A DNA stretch of 63,638 nt, counting the filler, from Nemertoderma westbladi (Eukaryota; Animalia; Xenacoelomorpha), in the NCBI GenBank assembly GCA_032718475.1. It is 3 parts of 3 records of this genome, joined end to end, with 100 filler letters (N's around TTAATTAATTAA, not from the genome) between each part and the next. Parts side by side here need not be neighbours in the genome. Positions count along the whole stretch, not along the records: positions 30,289 to 55,283 come from JAUCBJ010004853.1; 2 more parts are not named here. One strand, 5' to 3'. A program made the position numbers and the translations under genes. How positions within the stretch are numbered: the first letter of the stretch is position 1; the number at the start of each line of letters is the position of its first letter. The notes beneath the pieces were generated by a model, which saw only the letters and a program-made list of their open reading frames with translations, was not told where the DNA came from and made no database searches. This document shows, in pieces, positions 33,301 through 47,664 of this stretch.

Positions 33301-36300
33301 AAAACTTGGTAATTAACGTAAATCCGTGTTTTACACCCCGTCCCGGATCCAATAAAACTTGGTAATTATCGTAAATCCGTGTTTTACACCCCGTCCCGGA
33401 TCCAATAAAACTTGATAATTAACGTAAATCCGTGTTTTACACTCCATTCCGGATCCAATAAAACTTAGTAATTAACGTAAATCCGTGTTTTACACTCCAT
33501 TCCGGATCCAATAAAACTTGATAATTAACGTAAATCCGTGTTTTACACTCCATTCCGGATCCAATAAAACTTAGTAATTAACGTAAATCCGCGTTTTACA
33601 CCCCTTCCCGGATCCAATAAAACTTGGTAATTAACTAGAATCCGCGTTTTACACCCCTTCCCGGATCCAATAAAACATGGTAATTAACTTGAATCCGCGT
33701 TTTACACCCCTTCCCGGATTTAATAAAACTTTGTAATAAACCTGAATCCGTATTTTACACCCAATCCCGGATTCAGTAGAAAAATGAATCCGCGTTTTAC
33801 ACTCCGTTCAGGATTTAGCCTAAAATATGAATCCGCGCTTTACACTCCGTTCCGGATCTGAAAAAAAGGCCAATCCGCATTTTACACTCGGTTACGGATT
33901 CGGTAAATTTAGCAGTGCGCGGATCCGCAGATTACACCCTAAAAATGTAAATTCAGTCGACTTCCATAGGGACAATGTTAAATGATAGAATCCGGATCCT
34001 GATCCGGATCCGCGTTTTACTCTGACCCCTAGCAGACGCACAACTTCTACTGAATAAAGGTGAGAATAATAAAGGGAACAGCTACAGAAAAATGTGAGAA
34101 TATGGAACTATGGGAACAGCTACAGATAAATGTGAGAATATGGAACTATGGGAACAGCTACAGATAAATGTGAGAATATGGAACTATGGGAACAGCTACA
34201 GATAAATGTGAGAATATGGAACTATGGGAACAGCTACAGATATATGTGAGAATATGGAACTATGGGAACAGCTACAGATATATGTGAGAATATGGAACTA
34301 TGGGAACAGCTACAGATAAATATGAGAATATGGAACTATGGGAACAGCTACAGATATATGTGAGAATATGGAACTATGGGAACAGCTACAGATAAATGTG
34401 AGAATATGGAACTATGGGAACAGCTACAGATATATGTGAGAATATGGAACTATGGGAACAGCTACAGATATATGTGAGAATATGGAACTATGGGAACAGC
34501 TACAGATAACTATGAGAATATGGAACTATGGGAACAGCTACAGATATATGTGAGAATATGGAACTATGGGAACAGCTACAGATAAATATGAGAATATGGA
34601 ACTATGGGAACAGCTACAGATATATGTGAGAATATGGAACTATGGGAACAGCTACAGATAAATGTGAGAATATGGAACTATGGGAACAGCTACAGATAAA
34701 TGTGAGAATATGGAACTATGGGAACAGCTACAGATATATGTGAGAATATGGAACTATGGGAACAGCTACAGATAAATATGAGAATATGGAACTATGGGAA
34801 CAGCTACAGATATATGTGAGAATATGGAACTATGGGAACAGCTACAGATAAATGTGAGAATATGGAACTATGGGAACAGCTACAGATAAATGTGAGAATA
34901 TGGAACTATGGGAACAGCTACAGATAAATGTGAGAATATGGAACTATGGGAACAGCTACAGATATATGTGAGAATATGGAACTATGGGAACAGCTACAGA
35001 TATATGTGAGAATATGGAACTATGGGAACAGCTACAGATAAATGTGAGAATATGGAACTATGGGAACAGCTACAGATATATGTGAGAATATGGAACTATG
35101 GGAACAGCTACAGATATATGTGAGAATATGGAACTATGGGAACAGCTACAGATATATGTGAGAATATGGAACTATGGGAACAGCTACAGATAAATATGAG
35201 AATATGGAACTATGGGAACAGCTACAGATAAATGTGAGAATATGGAACTATGGGAACAGCTACAGATAAATGTGAGAATATGGAACTATGGGAACAGCGA
35301 CAGATAAATATGAGAATATGGAACTATGGGAACAGCTACAGATATATGTGAGAATATGGAACTATGGGAACAGCTACAGATAAATGTGAGAATATGGAAC
35401 TATGGGAACAGCTACAGATAAATGTGAGAATATGGAACTATGGGAACAGCTACAGATATATGTGAGAATATGGAACTATGGGAACAGCTACAGATATATG
35501 TGAGAATATGGAACTATGGGAACAGCTACAGATATATGTGAGAATATGGAACTATGGGAACAGCTACAGATATATGTGAGAATATGGAACTATGGGAACA
35601 GCTACAGATAAATGTGAGAATATGGAACTATGGGAACAGCTACAGATAAATGTGAGAATATGGAACTATGGGAACAGCTACAGATATATGTGAGAATATG
35701 GAACTATGGGAACAGCTACAGATAAATGTGAGAATATGGAACTATGGGAACAGCTACAGATATATGTGAGAATATGGAACTATGGGAACAGCTACAGATA
35801 TATGTGAGAATATGGAACTATGGGAACAGCTACAGATATATGTGAGAATATGGAACTATGGGAACAGCTACAGATATATGTGAGAATATGGAACTATGGG
35901 AACAGCTACAGATATATGTGAGAATATGGAACTATGGGAACAGCTACAGATAAATATGAGAATATGGAACTATGGGAACAGCTACAGATAAATGTGAGAA
36001 TATGGAACTATGGGAACAGCTACAGATAAATGTGAGAATATGGAACTATGGGAACAGCTACAGATAAATGTGAGAATATGGAACTATGGGAACAGCTACA
36101 GATATATGTGAGAATATGGAACTATGGGAACAGCTACAGATAAATGTGAGAATATGGAACTATGGGAACAGCTACAGATAAATGTGAGAATATGGAACTA
36201 TGGGAACAGCTACAGATATATGTGAGAATATGGAACTATGGGAACAGCTACAGATATATGTGAGAATATGGAACTATGGGAACAGCTACAGATATATGTG

Positions 36301-39300
36301 AGAATATGGAACTATGGGAACAGCTACAGATATATGTGAGAATATGGAACTATGGGAACAGCTACAGATAAATATGAGAATATGGAACTATGGGAACAGC
36401 TACAGATAAATGTGAGAATATGGAACTATGGGAACAGCTACAGATAAATGTGAGAATATGGAACTGTGGGAACAGCGACAGATAAATATGAGAATATGGA
36501 ACTATGGGAACAGCTACAGATATATGTGAGAATATGGAACTATGGGAACAGCTACAGATAAATGTGAGAATATGGAACTATGGGAACAGCTACAGATATA
36601 TGTGAGAATATGGAACTATGGGAACAGCTACAGATATATGTGAGAATATGGAACTATGGGAACAGCTACAGATATATGTGAGAATATGGAACTATGGGAA
36701 CAGCTACAGATATATGTGAGAATATGGAACTATGGGAACAGCTACAGATAAATATGAGAATATGGAACTATGGGAACAGCTACAGATAAATGTGAGAATA
36801 TGGAACTATGGGAACAGCTACAGATAAATGTGAGAATATGGAACTATGGGAACAGCTACAGATAAATGTGAGAATATGGAACTATGGGAACAGCTACAGA
36901 TATATGTGAGAATATGGAACTATGGGAACAGCTACAGATAAATGTGAGAATATGGAACTATGGGAACAGCTACAGATAAATGTGAGAATATGGAACTATG
37001 GGAACAGCTACAGATATATGTGAGAATATGGAACTATGGGAACAGCTACAGATATATGTGAGAATATGGAACTATGGGAACAGCTACAGATATATGTGAG
37101 AATATGGAACTATGGGAACAGCTACAGATATATGTGAGAATATGGAACTATGGGAACAGCTACAGATAAATATGAGAATATGGAACTATGGGAACAGCTA
37201 CAGATAAATGTGAGAATATGGAACTATGGGAACAGCTACAGATAAATGTGAGAATATGGAACTGTGGGAACAGCGACAGATAAATATGAGAATATGGAAC
37301 TATGGGAACAGCTACAGATATATGTGAGAATATGGAACTATGGGAACAGCTACAGATAAATGTGAGAATATGGAACTATGGGAACAGCTACAGATATATG
37401 TGAGAATATGGAACTATGGGAACAGCTACAGATATATGTGAGAATATGGAACTATGGGAACAGCTACAGATATATGTGAGAATATGGAACTATGGGAACA
37501 GCTACAGATATAATTACGTGTGATATTTATAATTTACCTGGAGGTATCAGTCCCCCGCTGCTGCTACCACCTAAAATACAAATAAATAATAAATATAAAT
37601 TAATTAGAAGAGCACGAACTCTTGTTCTCTTAATCAGCCTAATAATTAGCCTTATTCGTATTTCAGATTTGCCAGGAATGGCTATGGCTAATTAATTAGC
37701 TGCGAAGGATAAATAGAACTTAGCAATGTGAGAAAGTCTACATTTTCAGAATTATTGCAGTCAGAAAGGCAACAACCTGTAATGATTTCCGTTGGATTCC
37801 ATATTACCTTAAAAATTCAGTTCTTATTAAGTAGAAGAAAAATACAGTTGATAAAATGTTTAAAATGTTTTTGAACAACAACTTTGCTCTAGAATATTTA
37901 TAATATTATATTTTATAATTACAGTGTGAATCCTAATCTTTTATTTACATCTATAGGTATATGTAATTCGAGATTTAGAGAAAATTAGCTTCAGACAGAC
38001 AACAAAGTACCTACATACATATGAGAACAAAATGTATTGAGTGGCCCATCCAGAGGAATACTAAACAAACCAAACCGAATATGGAATAACGGTCAAATAA
38101 TACCAATTTAGAACAATTTGACACAAATGAAACGATGGTTAGCCATTATTATGTATATGTAGGTATTTGGAGGTAATATACTTGGCAACCTGCTTCCCTT
38201 TTTAGTTATAGACGTAACTAACTTGGCAAAGTGCTTGTTTTAGTTCTTCTAGAGAGTCCAGTATGATCGACATCTGTGTCACTCATGGACGAGAAACCGG
38301 CCATATCCCGCTCGCCGTCTCCAACTTTTCGTCGTCTATAATATGAAATACAAATTGATTGTCCCGCTTTTTATCCCGCTTCAGTAGGTTTCATCATTTT
38401 AAAATTACACTTTTTATCCCGGAATGAAAACAACCACTTCGAAATACATAGAATTTATTTTCCCGGTATAAACATACCGTGATACTGGTACTGGATACAC
38501 GGTAAACAGCTGCTATCAGATACCATCATCAGTGATACTGCTGCATCCATACTGCATGCACTGCTGTTAGCACATTATTGATTTATTATTATTGAGCACC
38601 TAACCTCCCGGGTATTGATGATGTCAGCGCTACCCCGAACACCGAGTCGCTAGATGGCGTGGTTGGCCCCTCTACGTCTATACCAGCGTCTGGCACACTG
38701 CCGAGTCTCGGCAATGTCTCTCGTAACATCGGCGACTTCAGCACCGGAATCTTAAACGGTTTCTTCGGCGGGTTCCTAGAGGGATGACAACGGGTTTGTT
38801 TCAAGGCGATGCAACTCGCAACTACCACCATAGAGTATTAACAAACTTAGCAAACGCAATTTTCGTTCCTCCATTCTGTGTGTAACAGAAATAGTGATAA
38901 TGCTTTGGTTATCATTTCCCCAGAAAGAGCTCAAATTTCTGTGGGTTTCAGAAACGGGATTGCTGTCGTTTCTGTCGTATCATTTTCACTTCTTTCCAAA
39001 AATTCTGGCCTTTCTGCGAGTAGCATTTTTACTTCCCTCAGAAATCAGACAATGGAATTATTGAGCATGTCACAGCACCATGTACTAACATAACGGATAA
39101 CATTGTGTACAAGATACTAACTTCTTCTTAAAGTTACTGTGACATCGAATAGGTAAGTTGAGTCTGAGATAAACGGTTCTTCCATTTGTTGTGTTGCAAC
39201 CAATCTTCAGTACTGGCATATCGGCGCTGTAAAATAAAAGACGCATTCCGATAGGTAAGAAGTGAGATTGGTGGTGTAACGGTGGTGGGAGTGATACAAA

Positions 39301-42300
39301 AGGGGCAACGATTGCCACAATAAATTAATGTAGCATTAGATATTCAACTACAATGCCAGTAACTCAAATTTAATACATTTTTTAGCTACGATTATATTAA
39401 ATTAAGAGGAAATGGCCAGGTGCACTTCCTACACGGCACGTATTACTAGATTACTAGAGTATTTATTATAAACAGATGTTGGCCTACTACTAACCGTGAG
39501 GTTATCTGAGTTACTTCAAGATTGGAATTGTTGATTTCTTTGAGCGATTTGAACAAAGGATAACTCTTTGTGCACCACAATGTAGCAGGATGAGTCATGT
39601 TCTTACAGAAGGGTTCATACCCTTCCTGGAAGCCGCAGGTTTTGTAGCACTAGAATTTAAAAATATATTGTGGTATATTATATTATATAGACAGACTTGT
39701 TGAATATTAAGCTGTCAGCAGCCTGTAAGCAATTTTCTAGTAGAAGATAACCAACCTAAAGCCTACCGTAAGCGACTCAACTTACCTTAAACGTAGTCAC
39801 TTCTCTCCCCAAATTTATTTTAGCCACCTGTCCCTGTCCGAGAAGCATAGCTGGTACAAAGCCGAGGGAGTTGTCGAAATCTACGAAGGCGGATTCTATG
39901 CCCGATAAATCCATCAACATCTCTCCGTTTAGAGTGAATCCTTAAATAGAAACATAAACACTATGCAATACATTGATTGTCCACGGCAAACTGATCGGCG
40001 AATTAATATCTCGTCTCAATGTTAAATTATCAATTAAGGAAGAGGTTCAGGTTTACAGTGGCTCGTCATTCTAACCAAAACATTAAACTAAAGTCAATAG
40101 AACATGATAGAGTTCTTGTCGTATAGGTCTACCCTAACGAAGCCGAATGTTTCGGCTCGTTCATATTGTCTTACCGATGTTATTGAGTTCCAAGTCGATG
40201 AGGCATCCCATGACGTCACCGGGTTTCCATTGGCGACCGAAGGGCTCGCTAACGGATCCGTGGAGTTTGTTTGCCGTGTATCCGTCGAATACGAAAGCGT
40301 TGTCATCGTTACCGAGTTCTACAGCGGGGGACAGTTGGGGGTGAATCCAACCGATACGAGCCCATCCTCCGGTCAATATCTCCACCTCGTAATACCTTGA
40401 AGGGGGGGGGGGGGGGGGGGGGGGGGTAATAAGGTACACAAATACGTAACAATCTGTGTACCAATTGTCGGAAAGTAAAGTAAAGCTATGTGGTCGGTGA
40501 ACGGGAAACTAGTAACACCGAAGCCAAACCGACGCTCTTCTCTCTCTTGGTAGTTACTTGGTAAATAAAAAATGGGAGGTGTAATATTTACTCCCATGGT
40601 TTCTTCCCTATCAATTAACGTACCATTTGCCGTGAGTAACAATTAACGTACCATTTGCCGTGAGTAACAATTAACGTACCATTTGCCGTGAGTAACAATT
40701 AACGTACCATTTGCCGTGGGTAACAACAATTAACGTACCATTTGCCGTGGGTAACAACAATTAACGTACCATTTGCCGTGGGTAACAACAATTAACGTAC
40801 CATTTGCCAGGAGTAACAAATTACGTACTATTTGCCGTGGATAACAATTCACGTACCATTTGCCGTGAGTAACAATTAACGTACCATTTACCGTGAGTAA
40901 CAATTAACGTACCATTTGCCGTGAGTAACAATTAACGTACCATTTGCCGTGAGTAACAATTAACGTACCATTTGCCGTGAGTAACAATTAACGTACCATT
41001 TGCCGTGGGTAACAACAATTAACGTACCATTTGCCGTGGGTAACAACAATTAACGTACCATTTGCCGTGGGTAACAACAATTAACGTACCATTTGCCAGG
41101 AGTAACAAATTACGTACTATTTGCCGTGGATAACAATTAACGTACCATTTGCCGTGAGTAACAATTAACGTACCATTTGCCGTGGGTAACAACAATTAAA
41201 GTACCATTTGCCATGAGTAACAATTTACGTACCATTTGCCGTGAGTAACAATTAACGTACCATTTGCCGTGAGTAACAATTAACGTACCATTTGCCGTGA
41301 GTAACAATTAACGTACCATTTGCCGTGAGTAACAATTAACGTACCATTTGCCGTGAGTAACAATTAACGTACCATTTGCCGTGAGTAACAATTAACGTAC
41401 CATTTGCCGTGGGTAACAACAATTAACGTACCATTTGCCGTGGGTAACAACAATTAACGTACCATTTGCCGTGGGTAACAACAATTAACGTACCATTTGC
41501 CAGGAGTAACAAATTACGTACTATTTGCCGTGGATAACAATTAACGTACCATTTGCCGTGAGTAACAATTAACGTACCATTTGCCGTGGGTAACAACAAT
41601 TAACGTACCATTTGCCATGAGTAACAATTTACGTACTATTTGCCGTGGTTAACAATTAACGTTACTATTTCCGTGAGTAACAATTAACGCACCATTTGCC
41701 GTGGGTAACAATTAACGTACCATTTGCCGTGAGTAACAATTAAAGCACCATTTGCCGTGAGTAACAATTAACGTACCATTTGCCACGAGTAACAATTAAC
41801 GTACCATTTGCCGTGGTTAACAATTAACGTACCATTTGCCGTGGGTAACAATTAACGTACCATTTGCCGTGAGTAACAATTTACGTACTATTTGCCGTGG
41901 GTATCAATTAAAGTACCATTTGCCACGAGTAACAATTAACGTACCATTTGCCGTGAGTAACAATTAACCAACCATTTGCCGTGAGTAACAATTAACGTAC
42001 CGTTTGCCACGAGTAACAATTAACGTACCGTTTGCCGTGGTTAACAATTAACGTACCATTTGCCGTGAGTAACAATTAACCAACCATTTGCCGTGAGTAA
42101 CAATTAACGTACCATTTGCCGTGAGTAACAATTAACGTACCATTTGCCACGAGTAACAATTAACGTACCATTTGCCGTGGTTAACAATTAACGTACCATT
42201 TGCCGTGGGTAACAATTAACGCACCATTTGCCACGAGTAACAATTAACGTACCATTTGCCACGAGTAACAATTAACGTACCATTTGCCACGAGTAACAAT

Positions 42301-45300
42301 TAACGTACCATTTGCCGTGGTTAACAATTAACGTACCATTTGCCGTGGGTAACAATTAACGTACCATTTGCCGTGAGTAACAATTTACGTACTATTTGCC
42401 GTGGGTATCAATTAAAGTACCATTTGCCACGAGTAACAATTAACGTACCATTTGCCGTGAGTAACAATTAACCAACCATTTGCCGTGAGTAACAATTAAC
42501 GTACCGTTTGCCACGAGTAACAATTAACGTACCGTTTGCCGTGGTTAACAATTAACGTACCATTTGCCGTGAGTAACAATTAACCAACCATTTGCCGTGA
42601 GTAACAATTAACGTACCATTTGCCGTGAGTAACAATTAACGTACCATTTGCCACGAGTAACAATTAACGTACCATTTGCCGTGGTTAACAATTAACGTAC
42701 CATTTGCCGTGGGTAACAATTAACGCACCATTTGCCACGAGTAACAATTAACGTACCATTTGCCACGAGTAACAATTAACGTACCATTTGCCACGAGTAA
42801 TATTAACGTACCATTTGCCGTGGTTAACAATTAACGTACCATTTGCCGTGGGTAACAATTAACGTACCATTTGCCGTGAGTTACAATTTACGTACTATTT
42901 GCCGTGGGTATCAATTAAAGTACCATTTGCCACGAGTAACAATTAACGTACCATTTGCCGTGAGTAACAATTAACCAACCATTTGCCGTGAGTAACAATT
43001 AACGTACCGTTTGCCACGAGTAACAATTAACGTACCGTTTGCCGTGGTTAACAATTAACGTACCATTTGCCGTGAGTAACAATTAACCAACCATTTGCCG
43101 TGAGTAACAATTAACGTACCATTTGCCGTGAGTAACAATTAACGTACCATTTGCCACGAGTAACAATTAACGTACCGTTTGCCGTGGTTAACAATTAACG
43201 TACCATTTGCCGTGAGTAACAATTAACCAACCATTTGCCGTGAGTAACAATTAACCAACCATTTACCGTGAGTAACAATTAACGTACCATTTGCCACGAG
43301 TAACAATTAACGTACCGTTTGCCGTGGTTAACAATTAACGTACCATTTGCCGTGAGTAATAATTAACCAACCATTTGCCGTGAGTAACAATTAACGTACC
43401 ATTTGCCGTGGGTAACAATTAACGTACCATTTGCCGTGAGTAACAATTAACGTAATGTTTGCCGTGGTTAACAATTAACGTACTATTTGCCGTGAGTAAC
43501 AATTAACGTACCCTTTGCCGTGAGTAACAATTAACATACCATTTGCCGTTAGTAACAATTAACGTACCATTTGCCGTGAGTAACAATTAACGTACCATTT
43601 GCCGTGAGTAACAATTAACGTACCATTTGCCGTGATTAACAATTAACGTACCATTTGCCGTGGGTAACAATTAACGTACCATTTGCCGTGGGTAACAATT
43701 AAGGTTACTATTTACGTGAGTAACAATTGACGCACCATTTGCCGGGAGTAACAATTAACCAACCAGTTGCCGTTAGTAACAATTAACGTACCATTTGCCG
43801 TGGTTAACAATTAACGTACCATTTGCCGTGGGTAACAATTAACGTTACTATTTCCGTGAGTAACAATTAACGCACCATTTGCCGTGAGTAACAATTAACC
43901 AACCAGTTGCCGTGAGTAACAATTAACGTACCATTTGCCGTGAGTAATAATTAACGTACCGTTTGCCGTGGCTAAAAATTAACGTACCATTTGCCGTGGG
44001 TAACAATTAACGTTACTATTTCCGTGAGTAACAATTAACGCACCATTTGCCGTGAGTAACAATTAACCAACCAGTTGCCGTGAGTAACAATTAACGTACC
44101 ATTTGCCGTGAGTAACAATTAACGTACCATTTGCCGTGAGTAACAATTAACGTACCATTTGCCGTGAGTAACAATTAACGTACCATTTGCCGTGAGTAAC
44201 AATTAACGTACCATTTGCCGTGAGTAACAATTAACGTTACCATTTGCCGTGAGTAACAATTAACGTACCATTTGCCGTGGGTAACAGCGTAGGATTGCTG
44301 CAGACGGAAGCACCGGAATCTGGACGATTTATCCTCCGCGCTGTTTGAACTCCTTTTCTTGGTCATCTCAACGGATTCCGTTGTAGGTGGGTCTATCTTG
44401 TAACCCATTCCTAAAAGGAAGTTATTAATTAGCCGGAGTCACTGTATGGTTTACCGGTAACGATAACTTTGTGATGAATTCAGTTAGTTCAATAGAAAGT
44501 TGGATTGGACTCGGTACCTAGGGATTCCAAGTTCAACGCTCTACCAACTTCGCCACTGCGCCGTATGAAGCCTTATAAAACTAAAACCTAACCGGAAATT
44601 AACAACAACAACAACAACAACAACAAATTGAATACTAGAGGTCTCCCTCCCTACGCGGAACTAACAAACTGATTATTTAGATAAAAGGGATTAGGGTTAC
44701 ATTTTTCTTATTCAGCTTATTTGCATGCAATTACAGTAATATAGGCGAAATAACAACAATAACTAACCAATAACAGTAGAGACAGCTTCATGAGCTGACT
44801 CCTTGACAGCCAGTTTGGCCGAGTGATCGAGTAGTTTGTACGGGACCAAAAGCGGCGTCCGGCGGTAATAGGAATCCTAGAAGTTAATCAAGTTTTAGAA
44901 ACTTAAGTAGTCAATGGATGATTCAACTCAATAGTAAAATAAAAGTTTAGCACAAGCACACCCACCCGCGTGCGCGTAGTAATAGTTTTAATTATAATAC
45001 CAAATTCCACTACTCACTACTCAGTAAACACTGTCTGTACCTCGTGGGGTCCGTACGTCCATTCCTGCTGTATCTTCTCCAGCGCCCACAAGTTGTGTGT
45101 GTTCTCCGCGAGGTGTTCCTCCAAGTCCTGCATGACTGCGTTGATGGCGATGTGGCTGATATCGTGAGGGGCGGGTTTGTAACCGTTAGAGAGCATGTAG
45201 TTGTTGGGAAGACGGATGCGTTTCAGCTCCTTGCGATGGATGTCGTCTGTGGCTCGAATACCGTAACCGAGAGCAATAATTGTTCTAAATAAGGGAAAAC

Positions 45301-47630
45301 CAATGGCGACATGCAGTATCTATGTAACACTGCACAACTAGACTTTCCTTGACTCTCAGTTACTTTTTAACACACCCTAGCATTTATTTACGGAAACATT
45401 GCTTGTCAATTCTGTTTCATATTCCATAAGATCAGACTGCAGTATCTACGGGACGGGATAAATCATAAATACTGCAACTCTAAACATTTAATAAGCGAAT
45501 AATCAAAATCTAATACATTCCTTCAATACGCCTTACGCTAATGACAAATGTAGTAAATGGTAGGACTTTGCTATTATACAAAATATTATTACTTGAGGGT
45601 TTCGTCCGCCATTGATAGATCGACGAATCTCTCCTCGTCGCTCATCTCCTCGAAACGTTTCAGACACGGATGATACCTCCGACTGTCGTCCCTCTCGTGT
45701 CCGAATATCCAACCGGCTTCGATCTTACTGATGGACCATTGCTCGTGGAGGTTCTCCGCTAGTTTCTCTTTGAGGACACTGAGTTCCGGGTGTAGGGAGA
45801 TCGCGGTTATGTCAACAGGTTCCGGCTGTAACAGCGTCAATCATCAATATATGAACTGCTAGTGATCGAGTTATACCTACCGCGGCCACATCACTGTATT
45901 ACCTAGACCTAATCTATCAACACAACTTAGTTGTGTAGTCGGCATTGACCACCAGCTTGGGTCGAACTGGTGACCTCAACGTTGGAAGTCTGTAGCTCGA
46001 CAATGCCGATAGTAGCTCATATAAAATAAATACTAATAAGCACAATAATTAATAAAGATATGACAGAAAGAATTTGGTAATAATGTCTGCTGGGCCTCGT
46101 TGGAAAACATTCTAGATATTCTCCCCAGCTCAAACTGTATCTCCCATTTTTGCAACGAGATACATCAATGTTCTCAACCTAGCCACACCCAGCCACAAGC
46201 TAATCAAACTCTTACATAAAATATTATGTATATTTATTTACTTTCTAGATTAATTAAATCATATATATTATTTACTATATCCGTTGTAACTCTCTAATTA
46301 ACCTTAAACGCAGTTCGTTCGGGAATTAGTTGGGGGCCGCATATAAACTGTCGCTCCTGATCCACAATGTTAACGCAGGGCTGGATTCCTATCTGCTGGC
46401 CGATCTGTCGGGACTCGTAAATAGGAGCGAATCCGCTCGGTGGCGCAAACGAAAACATTCCCTCCGGACCCCCCAAAACGAATCGGATACTATAAAGAAA
46501 AAAAATATAAATTTAACGAGCAAAAAAAAAAAATATATTATTATTGTATACGGAATCACGATATTAAAAATCATAATTTCTCAAAAGTAAAATGGTTTAC
46601 TGTGATGCCACACTTACGATACTTTGGCGCTGAGACTGACAGACGGAAAGAATGTCCCCTGCGTTGTGAAGGACCTGCATTGGGCCTTCACCGCCACACC
46701 GTTCACCATAAAACTCATCTTTGGTTCGGATAAGTCCAACAAACATCCGACTACGTCGCCTTTAATCAGGGCTGGGTACGCCGACGTTTTCACCAGTGTT
46801 GGTTTACCACCTGTAAAGAGATGTGCCGGTATGATTATTGGAGTACTTCAAATACTTCTAATTAAAACGAACTGAATCAAAATCCATCATATAACAATCC
46901 CATTCCCAAACCAACAAACAATAATTAATATAATATCAGATTACAGTGAAAGTTCACAATTTCAATATTCGTAGATTGGTGGTAGGGACTTCGGAGATGC
47001 CGCTTTATCTACACAATTGTGTCGCCACAACTCCCCCATCCTTCTCCACTTTCGCGAGTGTCCTTTCAACTAAAGAGAGAGCAATTAACCTGTCACGTTC
47101 TAACTGCCCAGCGCAGCCCGCTGCCATGTCAGGAGTTACCCCAGAGAGAGTGAATCCCTCGCAAATCCCCCGTTTTGGGCAGGGGTTTTAGGGTTGGATG
47201 TAACCTTTACAACAGTTCGAATAATAAATACTTACCGGTCCAGACCATAGTCCCATCGAACCCACAGGAATACAGATCGTCGCCCACCCCGTTAGCTGCC
47301 CAACGCTCCCCGCCAGTGGGGTAGGGCCGGAACCCGCTCGTGTTACCCCACCCGATCCGCAGATGAGGGGGACTCAGGTCAGGCATCTTCGCGACTTGTT
47401 CGATGTGAACCTAAATAAAAGTTAAAGGTATGACAGTTTGTTCATTCAGTTTAAAAGTACATTGAGATGTTGTGAACGAAAGGCCCGGTTTTATTTTTTC
47501 ATTCTGTTTACACCGTTTTATTTGACGCACAAAGTCTGACGACTTATTCCGGTCCCTAAAATAATACCTCTCAGAGGAAACTGGTAATTATTTAGCAACC
47601 ATTGAAGGATAAAATGCTTAGATGAGGCCT

Positions 47631-47664
<34 letters not shown>

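Noticed and set aside
44500-44565. tRNA gene on the minus strand
   Set aside because: Only A/B-box-like remnants without a full cloverleaf; probably a SINE relic.
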